Source of the DNA: Macrostomum lignano | Lineage: Eukaryota | Assembly (NCBI GenBank): GCA_002269645.1 | Contig: NIVC01000025.1 | Span: 124,001-188,000 of the forward strand | DNA: 64,000 nucleotides | Direction of reading: 5' to 3' | Shown here: one piece after another, positions 12,515 to 24,200 of the stretch | Layout: every line of letters begins with the position of its first letter | How positions within the stretch are numbered: position 1 is the stretch's first letter | The notes under the pieces: generated by a model | What the model saw: only the letters and a program-made list of their open reading frames with translations | Databases searched by the model: none | Told to the model about the DNA's origin: nothing | Translations under genes and position numbers: made by a program

Positions 12515-13490
12515 GGTTTTCAATCCACAGACTTTACAAATTTTCAATCCACAAACTTCACAATCCACAAACTTCACAATCTACAAACTGTACAATCCAC
12601 AAACTGTAAAATCCACAAACTGTACAATCCACAAACTTCACAATCCACAAACTTCACAATCTACAAACTGTACAATCCACAGACTGTAAAATCCACAAAC
12701 TGTACAATCCACAAACTTCACAATCCACAAACTTCACAATCTACAAACTGTACAATCCACAAACTGTAAAATCCACAAACTGTACAATCCACAAACTTCA
12801 CAATCCACAAACTTCACAATCTACAAACTGTACAATCCACAAACTGTAAAATCCACAAACTGTACAATCCACAAACTTCACAATTCACAAACTTCACAAT
12901 CTACAAACTGTACAATTCACAAACTTCACAAACCACAAACTACAATCCACGAACTGTACAATCCACAAACTTCACAATCCACAAACTGTACAATCCACAG
13001 ACTTTACAATCCAAAAACTGTACAATCCACAAACTGTACAATCCACAAACTGTACAATCCACAAACTGTACAATCCACAAACTTCACAATCTACAAACTG
13101 TACAATCCCCAAACTGTAAAATCCACAAACTTTACAATCCACAAACTTCACAATCCACAAACTTCACAATCTACAAACTTCACAATCCACAAACTTCACA
13201 ATCTACAAACTTCACAATCCACAAACTTCACAATCTACAAACTGTACAATCCACAAACTGTAAAATCCACAAACTTCACAATCTACAAACTGTACAATTC
13301 ACAAACTTCACAAACCACAAACTACAATCCACAAACTGTACAATTCACAAACTTCACAATTCACAAACTGTACAATCCACAGACTTTACAATCCAAAAAC
13401 TGTACAATCCACAAACTGTACAATTCACAAACTTCACAATTCACAAACTTCACAATCCACAAACTTCACAATCCACAAACTGTACAATCC
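12515..13490. repeat. 16-bp minisatellite (ACAATCCACAAACTGT / ACAATCCACAAACTTC)
   Basis: Direct reading of tandem units with two main variants. Confidence 0.95.
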
Positions 13491-14469
13491 AAATACTTAA
13501 AAATTCACAACCTCCACAGATCGCAAATGCCATGATTTTCAACTGTCGAGATGCTGCGAATTCATTCGGCATCATTATGAGACCAGAAGTTGCGTCACCA
13601 GCTTTGCCTGCGGGGGTGGCGATTCTGAGCAGTTCAGTAGGGGAAGCCATAATAACACAGCCAGCATTCCACTGACAGCAGCTGTCAACTTTCGGCAATG
13701 ACGAGTAGGACTCAACAAAACTTCCTGCATTCTATTTCGTTGTCGACTTTTTTATCGAAGAAGAGTGCGGGGGATTTCTCGAGGAATAGTTTCTTGAACA
13801 AGAAATTTTAGCCCCCTTAGCAACTATAGTCTCCCTCTGTCTCCTAGATCCATATTCCTGTTCAGTTGTCTGTTTGAGTTTGACAGGTTCATTTTGGAGG
13901 AAGAAAGAGAATAAAAAAACGTTTATGATGAACAAGGATCCACACGAGTTCTCTGCGACACTGAGGGCGACAGAACCTAGAGAGCAATTCGTGTGATGAT
14001 TGTGTTGAAATCACTCCACTTGTCCTCACTGGCTGATTGATTGATTTTCGCACTCGTAACACTCGGGGCGACAAAGAGCTTTGGGATATTATATACTTAT
14101 AGTTATCGGAAGTACCCTGTATTTATCGTTCAAAGCTTGCTCGGCTCGCGCAATTGGAATTGGAATTGAGTGAGGGTCCACTTGGGTTGCACGCTTCGCT
14201 GCAGACCATAATTAACTTGTTTCAAAGTTTCCGCCAGTCAGGGGGCTCACAACTGGACAATGACATCACAGACGGACATCCGGGTGAGCATAGAGTTCGT
14301 CAGCGCTAGACTGACTGGCTGACTGGGCGAGCAATTGAGCGGAAAAGTGGCTGAGCAAAAAAGACAAACTAACTTTTAAATTAGAATTTGAACGTTTCTC
14401 TTTGCTCAGAGGTAACGGCCCTGAAAATCCGGATGAAGAGGCTGACGTTCAGGTTGGGGAAAAGTCGCT

Positions 14470-15175
14470 CACCTCTGTAGGAACTTGGGAAAGAGGTGCT
14501 CATCACCCCTAAAGGAGACTTGGGGAAGAGGCGCTCACCCCTGAAGGAACTTGGGGAAGAGGCGCTCACCCCTGAAGGAGCTTTTGGAAGAGGTGCTCAC
14601 CCCAGAAGGAACTTAGGGAAGAGGCGCTCACCCCTGAAGGAACTTGGGGAAGAGGCGCTCACCCCTGAAGGAACTTAGGGAAGAGGCGCTCACCCCTGAA
14701 GGAACTTTTGGAAGAGGCGCTCACCCTTGAAGGAACTTTTGGAAGAGGCGCTCACCCCTGAAGGAACTTTTGGAAGAGGCGCTCACCCCTGAAGGAACTT
14801 TTGGAAGAGGCGCTCACCCTTGAAGGAACTTTTGGAAGAGGCGCTCACCCCTGAAGGAACTTTTGGAAGAGGCGCTCACCCCTGAAGGAACTTTTGGAAG
14901 AGGCGCTCACCCTGAAGGAACTTGGGGAAGAGGCACTCACCCCTGAAGGAACTTAGGAAAGCGGCACTCATCCCTGAATGAACTTAGGGAAGAGGCGCTC
15001 ACCCCTGAAGGAACTTAGGGAAGAGGCGCTCACCCCTGAAGGAACTTGGGGAAGAGGCGCTCACCCCTGAAGGAACTTGGGGAAGAGGCGCTCACCCCTG
15101 AAGGAACTTGGGGAAGAGGCGCTCACCCCTGAAGGAATTTGGGGAAGAGGCGCTCACCCCTGAAGGAACTTAGGG
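14470..15175. repeat. 31-bp minisatellite (GAAGGAACTTGGGGAAGAGGCGCTCACCCCT)
   Basis: Direct reading of tandem units. Confidence 0.95.
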
Positions 15176-16327
15176 AAGGAGGAATGCTTGCATCACATGC
15201 CCCGAGCTTGATAACTAACAATCGTCTTTGGGCAAAAACCAAACTGTATACTAAGAAAGACAGACAACTTAAAAAGTTAAGGCGTGGGCACAATGCGAAA
15301 TTATAGAAGAACAAACTGGGTTAATAACTGGCTTGGCCAACAGGCCAAGTCTCATGGTTTGTGTTTGTCACAAATTGGTAAAGAAAGTGAGGAGCGATAG
15401 GGCTCAGTCTCTCTTATAGTTCAGCTCAACCAGCCCCATGGTCCGCTTCCAGCCGATTGTCAGTTTGCTGATCGTGACAAAATGGACAGTTTCTCTTGAA
15501 TGGAATGAGACGGCAGTCCCAGCTATTTGTCTTATCTATCTAAATACCTTTAATGAATTCCACACAGTAGTGGAGCGAGTTTATGGCGGCCGGGTGTGTC
15601 ATTAACTGCACGCCCCCAAGTCCGCGGCTGCACCGCGAAATGAATCAAAAGGTGCTAATTAGTCATCCACCCCAACCCCACACCACTCTAGACTTAAATT
15701 GCTCAAACTCATTTCACACCTATGCACTCGTGGCTGGGTTGGGACCGGAACGCGCCGTCTGTTGTTTAAGGTTGGGCCGCCCCCGAGCGCACAAACACCA
15801 TTAATAATTGTTGGATGTTTGCACAATCAGTGGGGGCAAACAGACAGAGACCTGTATAGCTCTGAGACTAATGAATTCCGTGGATGGCTCGTAGAGAGAA
15901 GCGGCTGTTGTGTTTTAGAATTCAGAAAATAAAGAATACAGCCGACTAAACTGAGTTGAATTGAATTGGATTGTCTTCTCTCTCTCTCTCTCTCTCTGTC
16001 CAAGTTGAGACTGACAGGCTGACAGCAATGGTGACTGTGTGTGTCGTCTTTTCTCTCTTTTTTTTCACAATCGATTCTGTCAGTTTTTCGGCTCTTTATG
16101 AGTTTTAGATTAGCGCAAAAGTTGAGTTGTTTACCTAAGCTTAATGAGGTAGGTAGGCTAGTAGGTAAATGCTATACCAGGTGATAGGTGGGTGGGTGGA
16201 GTGCGGCAGCCTAAATAACAATAATGAGGCTCTGATGAGCAGCGATTAACCACCCCTCCTTCGCTGTGCGGTCGGTTCGGGAGCTTCTTAAATAAACAAG
16301 AAAAATAGACTATAGAACCCAATCAAA

Positions 16328-16632
16328 TTGGCTTACAGACCTCACACTCTATGCTTACAGACCTCACATTCTATGCTTACAGACCTCACACTCTATGCTT
16401 ACAGACCTCACATTCTATGCTTACAGACCTCACACTCTATGCTTACAGACCTCACATTCTATGCTTACAGACCCCACACTCCGATGCTTACAGACCCCAC
16501 ACTCCGATGCTTACAGACCTTACACTCCGATGCTTACAGACCCCACACTCCGATGCTTACAGACCCCACACTCCGATGCTTACAAACCCCACACTCCGAT
16601 GCTTACAGACCCCACACTCCGATGCTTACAGA
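16328..16632. repeat. 22-bp minisatellite (ATGCTTACAGACCTCACACTCT)
   Basis: Tandem units; explains three overlapping periodic ORFs. Confidence 0.95.
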
Positions 16633-17467
16633 CTTTTGAACTTAATGCTTGGAGTGGCCAGGCAGTGAAGGGTCATGCGCCTTTATGCATGGAAACCAAA
16701 AAGGAATATTAATGATACTTGATTGTTTAAACAGCTTAAGTGTTGAACTCAAATAGCTGAGCTCAACTCAAATAAACGTTATAAATTTTTATAGACAGAT
16801 AATTTTACAAACGGTCTACGCTACCTTTCGTAATGAATGACAGGAAAATCATCGTCGGATCGGGAAAAAGCTAAAGCCTCATCACCATCATCGTAATTGC
16901 TCAGACCCCTGCCAATTATCCCCATTGCAGCTTAATGGGTCTGCTCATTATCAATATCTCACAAGCCGCTATACAAAAATGAGCAGAGAGGAGAACTCAA
17001 ATTGCTAATAAAATTTGCTTGTCATTTTCCCTGAATGAAAACACGCCGTTTGGGGCTGCACAGCGGAGACAAGAGGAGTGTGGAATTGGGATGGTGAGGC
17101 TGCGGGCCCCGCACGATTAACTCACCTGCACGGGCCCAGTTAGTCAAGTCAGTCGTGTAATGAGCCCTGTCTCAACTACCCTGCTGCTGGTTGCATAATG
17201 TGTATGAGGCTAATAACCTGGCTAAAGCGCCTGCACACCAGCCCAAACCCTGGTCTTGCACCGCAATGCTGCCATGAATGTCTACTTGATGAATTGCAGC
17301 CGAAACAGGGGGGGGGGTGATGGAGGCAGCGGGCCATGGAGCACTGGAGTCTCGCGTCTGGTCGGGAATAGACACTCAAGAAGTTCTTTTAAAAGAATGA
17401 TTGAGAAAATTGGAAAATTTTAAAAAATTGTTTCCATGCACAAGTATTGTAGGCACATCTTGCAACT

Positions 17468-18013
17468 CTATCTAGCACTCCTGACACCTCTATATCTAGC
17501 ACTCCTGACACCTCTATATCTAGCACTCCTGACACCTCTATATCTAGCACTCCTGACACCTCTATATCTAGCACTCCTGACACCTCTATATCTAGCACTC
17601 CTGACACCTCTATATCTAGCACTCCTGACACCTCTATATCTAGCACTCCTGACACCTCTATATCTAGCAATCCTGACACCTCTATATCTAGCAATCCTGA
17701 CACCTCTATATCTAGCACTCCTGACACCTCTATATCTAGCACTCCTGACACCTCTATATCTAGCACTCCTGACACCTCTATATCTAGCACTCCTGACACC
17801 TCTATATCTAGCACTCCTGACACCTCTATATCTAGCACTCCTGACACCTCTATATCTAGCAATCCTGACACCTCTATATCTAGCAATCCTGACACCTCTA
17901 TATCTAGCACTCCTGACACCTCTATATCTAGCAATCCTGACACCTCTATATCTAGCAATCCTGACACCTCTATATCTAGCACTCCTGACACCTCATCTAG
18001 CACTCCTGACACC
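17468..18013. repeat. 24-bp minisatellite (TAGCACTCCTGACACCTCTATATC)
   Basis: Tandem units; 8-aa periodic ORFs on both strands. Confidence 0.95.
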
Positions 18014-18673
18014 CCTAAATCTATAGAAAATCTAAGCCTATAGAGTACAGGTGTTTATACTGAGCAGTCCATGGGCCTATTACAGCATCCTGTCAGAGCT
18101 GACCTCCAGCCTGAGGGTGAGTGTGGTGGAGATAAACGATGGCTTATAGGCCAGTCTGGTAGTATAGGGAATAAATTGACTGTTTAGCACCCTCATTTAT
18201 CCCTATATGGGTAACTCCCCCGGTGCTTATGCCCATGCTAATCAATTTCCACTTGTGGATCTGGTGGGGTGGGAGCACACAATGAGCCTAATTTTCCCCT
18301 TGTTTCACCCATCAATTCACCTGCAGATCTGGGAGGCCATTTTGCTGAATTTTTGGCTTTAATACGAGTCGCCCCAATCACACCAATGTGGGTGGCCGCT
18401 GGTCCTGCTGTTTCGAGAAGCAGGCAGAACCCTTGTTGTTTGAGGCAACTTGCAACTTTCTTTAACTTCCAGCGGCTCTCTCCTCACTCCCTCACTCTAC
18501 CCCTGACTACTTTCCTTTTGTTGCAGCAAAATTGTGTTTTGCTAGGAAATTTTCTAGCAGCAAAAGCGGCCTTCAGACCGGTGGGTGTTAGGGGTAATTT
18601 TGCAACCGTTTTGGAGAAAGTTGCTTTTATTTGCAACAAATTTTGGCTGCAATTTTTTTTCTGGGAACACCTA

Positions 18674-19410
18674 GGACCGATTTCATGAGCAACTGCATGG
18701 TAACTTAGCAGTTAGCAACAGCTAAAATACGAGTAACCGCGGGTATTCAGCAGTCTGTTAAAAACTGGTTTCATGAAGCAACTAGTCAATATCTGCTGCT
18801 AAATATCAGTACTGCTTTTGACAGCCAAGTTGATAATTAAGCCAAACAAGTTGAGAATCTGCCTTGCGCAGTCAGCGAGTGTTCCCAACCCTTCTGTTGA
18901 TTTAGCATCGACACTCTTGGCCATAGACATAATAAGTCTAGGCCATAGACAGTTGGCTTTTTATCAACTTGGTCAGTCTTTTTTATGTCTATGGCCAAGA
19001 GTGTCGATGCTAAATCAACAAAAGGGTTGGGAACACTCGCTGACTGCGCAAGGCAGATTCTCAACTTGTTTGGCTTAATTATCAACTTGGCTGTCAAAAG
19101 CAATACTGCTACTCACCCTAGCAATGAATTCGTGCCATAGACATGAGTTTTAACCGTAAAAATGCTGGTATTTTAGCCGCACTGCTATGCTCATGAAACC
19201 AAACATTACCAGCCCCTGAGAACACCCTATACTATGAGCCATAGACAGTCGTTTTCAATCTCTAGAGGCAGTCTCAATTTTAACAGTAAGTTCGTGAAAC
19301 CACAGCTTACCAGACCGCTAAAAGTTAGCAGCTGCAAAGGTTCGTCATGAAACCAAACTTCATATAGCTGCGTCTATTTACCAGTTACCAGTTGCTCATG
19401 AAATCGGTCC
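18674..19410. mobile_element. MITE-like element with about 22-bp TIRs (GGACCGATTTCATGAGCAACTG), possibly PIF/Harbinger-like
   Basis: 18674 GGACCGATTTCATGAGCAACTG vs CAGTTGCTCATGAAATCGGTCC ending 19410. Flanks CTA/CTG are a near-match 3-bp TSD. Superfamily is an inference. Confidence 0.65.
18807..19108. mobile_element. Near-perfect palindromic MITE (about 130-bp arms) nested in the previous element
   Basis: CAGTACTGCTTTTGACAGCC...CTTGGCCATAGACATA vs TATGTCTATGGCCAAG...GGCTGTCAAAAGCAATACTG; the ORF track shows near-identical peptides on both strands (18818-19078 +, 18837-19103 -). Confidence 0.8.
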
Positions 19411-19559
19411 CTGTGGATTGCTTTCCTTGTTGTATTAGGAAGCCAATGCTTTCTGAGATGGCTTTTATTGTAGATGGTTTTTATTAGGTAGCCAAGCCCT
19501 TACATCTGAATGATGAAGAGTATATATACCTGTCGCAGTAGTTGGTATGTAGTGAGAGA

Positions 19560-20050
19560 TTTAAGATGTGTCAGTTGCTATAAGATGTGTCAGTAGACAT
19601 AAGATGTGTCAGTTACTATAAGATGTGTCAGTTACTATAAGATGTGTCAGTTGCTACAAGATGTGTCAGTAGATGTCAGATGTGTCAGTAGATGTCAGAT
19701 GTGTCAGTAGATGTCAGATGTGTCAGTAGATGTCAGATGTGTCAGTAGATGTCAGATGTGTCAGTAGATGTCAGATGTGTCAGTAGATGTCAGATGTGTC
19801 AGTAGATGTCAGATGTGTCAGTAGATGTCAGATGTGTCAGTAGATGTCAGATGTGTCAGTAGATGTCAGATGTGTCAGTAGATGTCAGATGTGTCAGTAG
19901 ATGTCAGATGTGTCAGTAGATGTCAGATGTGTCAGTAGATGTCAGATGTGTCAGTAGATGTCAGATGTGTCAGTAGATGTCAGATGTGTCAGTAGATGTC
20001 AGATGTGTCAGTAGATGTCAGATGTGTCAGTAGATGTCAGATGTGTGAGT
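19560..20050. repeat. 19-bp minisatellite (GTGTCAGTAGATGTCAGAT)
   Basis: Direct reading of tandem units. Confidence 0.95.
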
Positions 20051-20582
20051 AGTACATACAGATGCTGCTGTATCCACAGACAGGAATCAATAAAGGTTTA
20101 TATATGCTCGCAAGTGAAGGAAATTCACTTCCACCTGACCAGTTCGAACTGTGCATGAGGACTGACTGCTCTAACAACAAAACGGACATGTAGCCAGTTA
20201 CAGTTTTTGCCAATGCGAGAGAAATCTGCTTTTATTTATTTTTACAAAGACATCAGACTAAAGAACAATAAGCTACTACATAGAGTATACATTGTAGATA
20301 ATAGATAGTTGAAGTTGCGAATGACTAGTGTGCTATTGTCAAATCTCTTCTCATATTAGAGTAGCCACACAGGACAACTGTATCAAATTCCAGACATATA
20401 AATTTCAAATTAAGCAATATGGAAAATGTTTTGTCAAAAAAACAATAATAACGAAATGTGTGGCAGTGGTCAATATAGAGTTTCATGACGAAGAAGCAAA
20501 TTAAGTCTTTATTTATTCCCCTCGTGGCGGTCAAAGGTAGAAATTATTTGGTTAAACCTTGACTGTTTTGAAAGTCTAGATA

Positions 20583-21171
20583 CAGAGGTTGGCAAACTTT
20601 CTTTTACCTCGAGGGCCAGTTAAAGAATCCAGCTCATGGATGCGGGCCAGATAGTGGAAAAGAGAGGGAATAGAAGATGAGAGCTGAGAGAAGAGATAGA
20701 AGAGGAGAGAAGAGGAGGAGACAGTGGGGAAAGAAGAGAGAGAGAGAGGGTAGAGAAGGGAGAGGGGAGAAAGGGGAGAGAAGAGAAAGGAGAGAGGGGG
20801 GAGAGAAATAAGAGGGAAGATAAGAGAGGAGAGAAGAAGAGAGAGAGAAGAGGGGAGAGAGGGGAGAGAGGGGAGAGATGAGAGAAGAGAGAGAGGATAA
20901 AGGAGAGAGTGGAGAGAAAGAAGTGGGGAGAGAAGAGAGGAGAGAAGGGGGAGAGAGAGGAGAGGGGAGAGAGGAGAGAGGGGAGAGAGGGGAGAGGGGA
21001 GAGAGAAGACAGGAGGGAGAGAGGAGAGAGGAGAGAAGAGAGAGAGAGCTGAGAAGAGACTAACATTGAGCGGGCCGGATTGCTATTGTGAAGCTTCAAA
21101 GGACCCGCGGGCCTGGTGGAGAGGCTTCGAAGGCCGCATGTGGCCCGCCAGCCGGAGTTTGCCGACCCCTG
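20583..21171. mobile_element. hAT/Charlie-like non-autonomous element containing a GA-rich simple repeat (about 20660-21060)
   Basis: TIRs CAGAGGTTGGCAAACT / AGTTTGCCGACCCCTG, subterminal GCGGGCC/GGCCCGC motifs, left flank GTCTAGAT fits the NTCTAGAN target preference known for Charlie elements. No matching right TSD. Confidence 0.7.
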
Positions 21172-21271
21172 AATGGTCCAGAAGAAAGTGGAGGCTGCTT
21201 TAACAAGGACCCAAGGACCCGATTTGTCCGACAAGTGAGTGAAGAAGTCGCGGCTTAAACACAGAGGCTGC

Positions 21272-24200
21272 TCAAAAGTCAGAGCAGTCCGCGCCCACTC
21301 CGTTGTCGAACTTCAACGCCGCATCTCCTCGAGTCGCCGCCGAACTGTAGTTGAATCCATTCAATAGCAGCTCCTCTTCGGTGTCCTCCTCGTCAGCGTT
21401 CTCGATGACGTCATCGTCTTCAACAGCCGACAAGTTCATGGGTGACTCTGGCTGACGCTGCTGCTGCTGCTGCTGGTCCGACTGGGCCTCGTCTTCAGTG
21501 CGCACTCGCTTGTACTTGGTGCGCCGGTTCTGAAACCACACCTTCACCTGGAGTGGGGTTGGTGATTAATAAGCAGGTAGATTGTAGTATAGTTATTCAG
21601 GTGTACAAGCTGGAAAGAATTTGTACAGCATGGGGATATTCTAATGTACAGAATGGTGATATTCTAGTGTACAGAATGGTGATATTCTAATGTACAGAAT
21701 GGTGATATTCTAATGTAAAGAATGGGATATTCTAATGTACAGAATGGTGATATTCTAATGTACAGAATGGTGATATTCTAATGTACAGAATGGTGATATT
21801 CTAATGTACAGAATGGTGATATTCTAATGTACAGAATGGTGATATTCTAATGTACAGAATGGGGATATTCTAATGTACAGAATGGTGATATTCTAATGTA
21901 AAGAATGGGATATTCTAATGTACAGAATGGGGATATTCTAATGTACAGAATGGTGATATTCTAATGTACAGAATGGGGATATTCTAATGTACAGAATGGG
22001 ATATTCTAATGTACAGAATGGGATATTCTAATGTACAGAATGGGATATTCTTATGTACAGAATGGTAATATTCTAATGTACAGAATTAGTGACATTCAAA
22101 CTAAGCATTTACACAGCCTCAAATTCCTGGCCCCAAAAAAATCTCACCATATAATTACTTGCGGCGATTAGCAGATCAGAAAATCCCTATAATTGTTTTA
22201 AGGTAAATCTCCAATTCCCATAGCATTTACTAATCCGTTCAATTCCAATATTCTGCCTAGAAAGAGATTATCTCCTAAATGATTTTCCTCGCGTAGATTT
22301 TATATGCCAAAATCAGCGCGCGAACAATTAATTGACAGTTGGAAATTGCAGCACTGGAGCGGGACTCAGAGATCTGCGAGGATTATAAGATAAAAACTGA
22401 CCGACTCAATCCTTTCTGGCTCCTATTGTGCTCTTGTGTAACCAACCTTTGTTAATCCGGCTGATTTTGCCAGATCACAATGCGAGACCTGGCTGAGAGG
22501 GCAGGACAGATAGGCAGACAGACAAAGATTAACTCTCAAACCTTCGCAGCAATCGAGAAATTGTTGAGCAGCCAATATGCGCCAAATTAGGCGCACAGTG
22601 CTGTTTGAATGAATGAAAACTACGAGGGCTCATAGGGCTTAGCGACTATTTCCTTTGAGCACCAGGGGCTTTAGCACCAGGGGCTTTAGCACCAGGGGCT
22701 TTAGCACCAGGGGCTTTAGCACCAGGGGCTTTAGCACCAGGGGCTTTAGCACCAGGGGCTTTAGCACCAGGGGCTTTAGCACCAGGGGCTTTAGCACCAG
22801 GGGCGCCAGCACCAGGGGCTTTAGCACCAGGGGCTTTAGCACCAGGGGCTTTAGCACCAGGGGCTTTAGCACCAGGGGCTTTAGCACCAGGGGCTTTAGC
22901 ACCAGGGGCTTTAGCACCAGGGGCTTTAGCACCAGGGGCTTTAGCACCAGGGGCTTTAGCACCAGGGGCTTTAGCACCAGGGGCGCCAGCACCAGGGGCG
23001 CCAGCACCAGGGGCTTTAGCACCAGGGGCTTTAGCACCAGGGGCTTTAGCACCAGGGGCTTTAGCACCAGGGGCTTTAGCACCAGGGGCTTTAGCACCAG
23101 GGGCTTTAGCACCAGGGGCTTTAGCACCAGGGGCTTTAGCACCAGGGGCTTTAGCACCAGGGGCTTTAGCACCAGGGGCTTTAGCACCAGGGGCTTTAGC
23201 ACCAGGGGCTTTAGCACCAGGGGCTTTAGCACCAGGGGCTTTAGCACCAGGGGCGCCAGCACCAGGGGCGCCAGCACCAGGGGCGCCAGCACCAGGGGCG
23301 CCAGCACCAGGGGCGCCAGCACCAGGGGCGCCAGCACCAGGGGCGCCAGCACCAGGGGCGCCAGCACCAGGGGCGCCAGCACCAGGGGCGCCAGCACCAG
23401 GGGCGCCAGCACCAGGGGCGCCAGCACCAGGGGCGCCAGCACCAGGGGCGCCAGCACCAGGGGCGCCAGCACCAGGGGCGCCAGCACCAGGGGCGCCAGC
23501 ACCAGGGGCGCCAGCACCAGGGACACCAGCGCCATATACTTCAGCTAGCTCTTGCCTTTTGCTACTGCTGCTCCCGTGAGCACACAGGAGTCCTGTTGAG
23601 CGCTGGCTTAATCGAACAATCCCTCCCCCCGAACCCAAATCTGATCGCTGGTTCGGCACGCGCAGGAGGCAACTGAGTTTTATTAATTAGAATTAGATAG
23701 GGCTTATTATTATTCAGCCGAGAGGAAATGAGACGACTCAGGCCAACCCCCCATTTCCCTATAAATAGAGTTGAAAGTGAAAACTGCTTTGGGTTTTGCC
23801 GGGCCGGCCCACCGGGATCTGCCGCAGCCTTCCGGCAGCCGGGCAGGCATAAATGGCAGATTAGCACGCGAGAATGCCTGCGGACCTGCTGCTATTCAGC
23901 TCATGTCAGCCCTCATTTCCTTTCCACGCTGCCCGATGCATGACAAGCCGGGGGGCGATTTATGAGCTTCATATCCTAAAGTTGTCAAGCTGAGTTCAAC
24001 TTCCCGAGTAGCTAAAAATTCCCCGCTTAACCCCTCTTGAGTCCAATATTAGCTTTATATACGGTTTGCCCAACGCAAATCTTCGGCACTTGAGCCAGCG
24101 CTCACGGATCTTCCCCTTTCCTTTCCCTGATTTCTCTTTTATGCGCCGCTTCCTGCCACCTTTCACTGCAGAGGAGTTCCAGCGCGACTTAACGAGCGCC

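Noticed and set aside
20620-21234. Leu/Ser/Pro-rich 204-aa ORF and the opposite Arg/Glu-rich ORF
   Set aside because: Translations of the GA-rich simple repeat inside the hAT-like element.
22639-23659. Collagen/elastin-like ([10 protein letters not shown]) ORFs
   Set aside because: 15-bp array open in several frames inside Emx intron 2; not Gly-X-Y; no signal peptide or spliced context.
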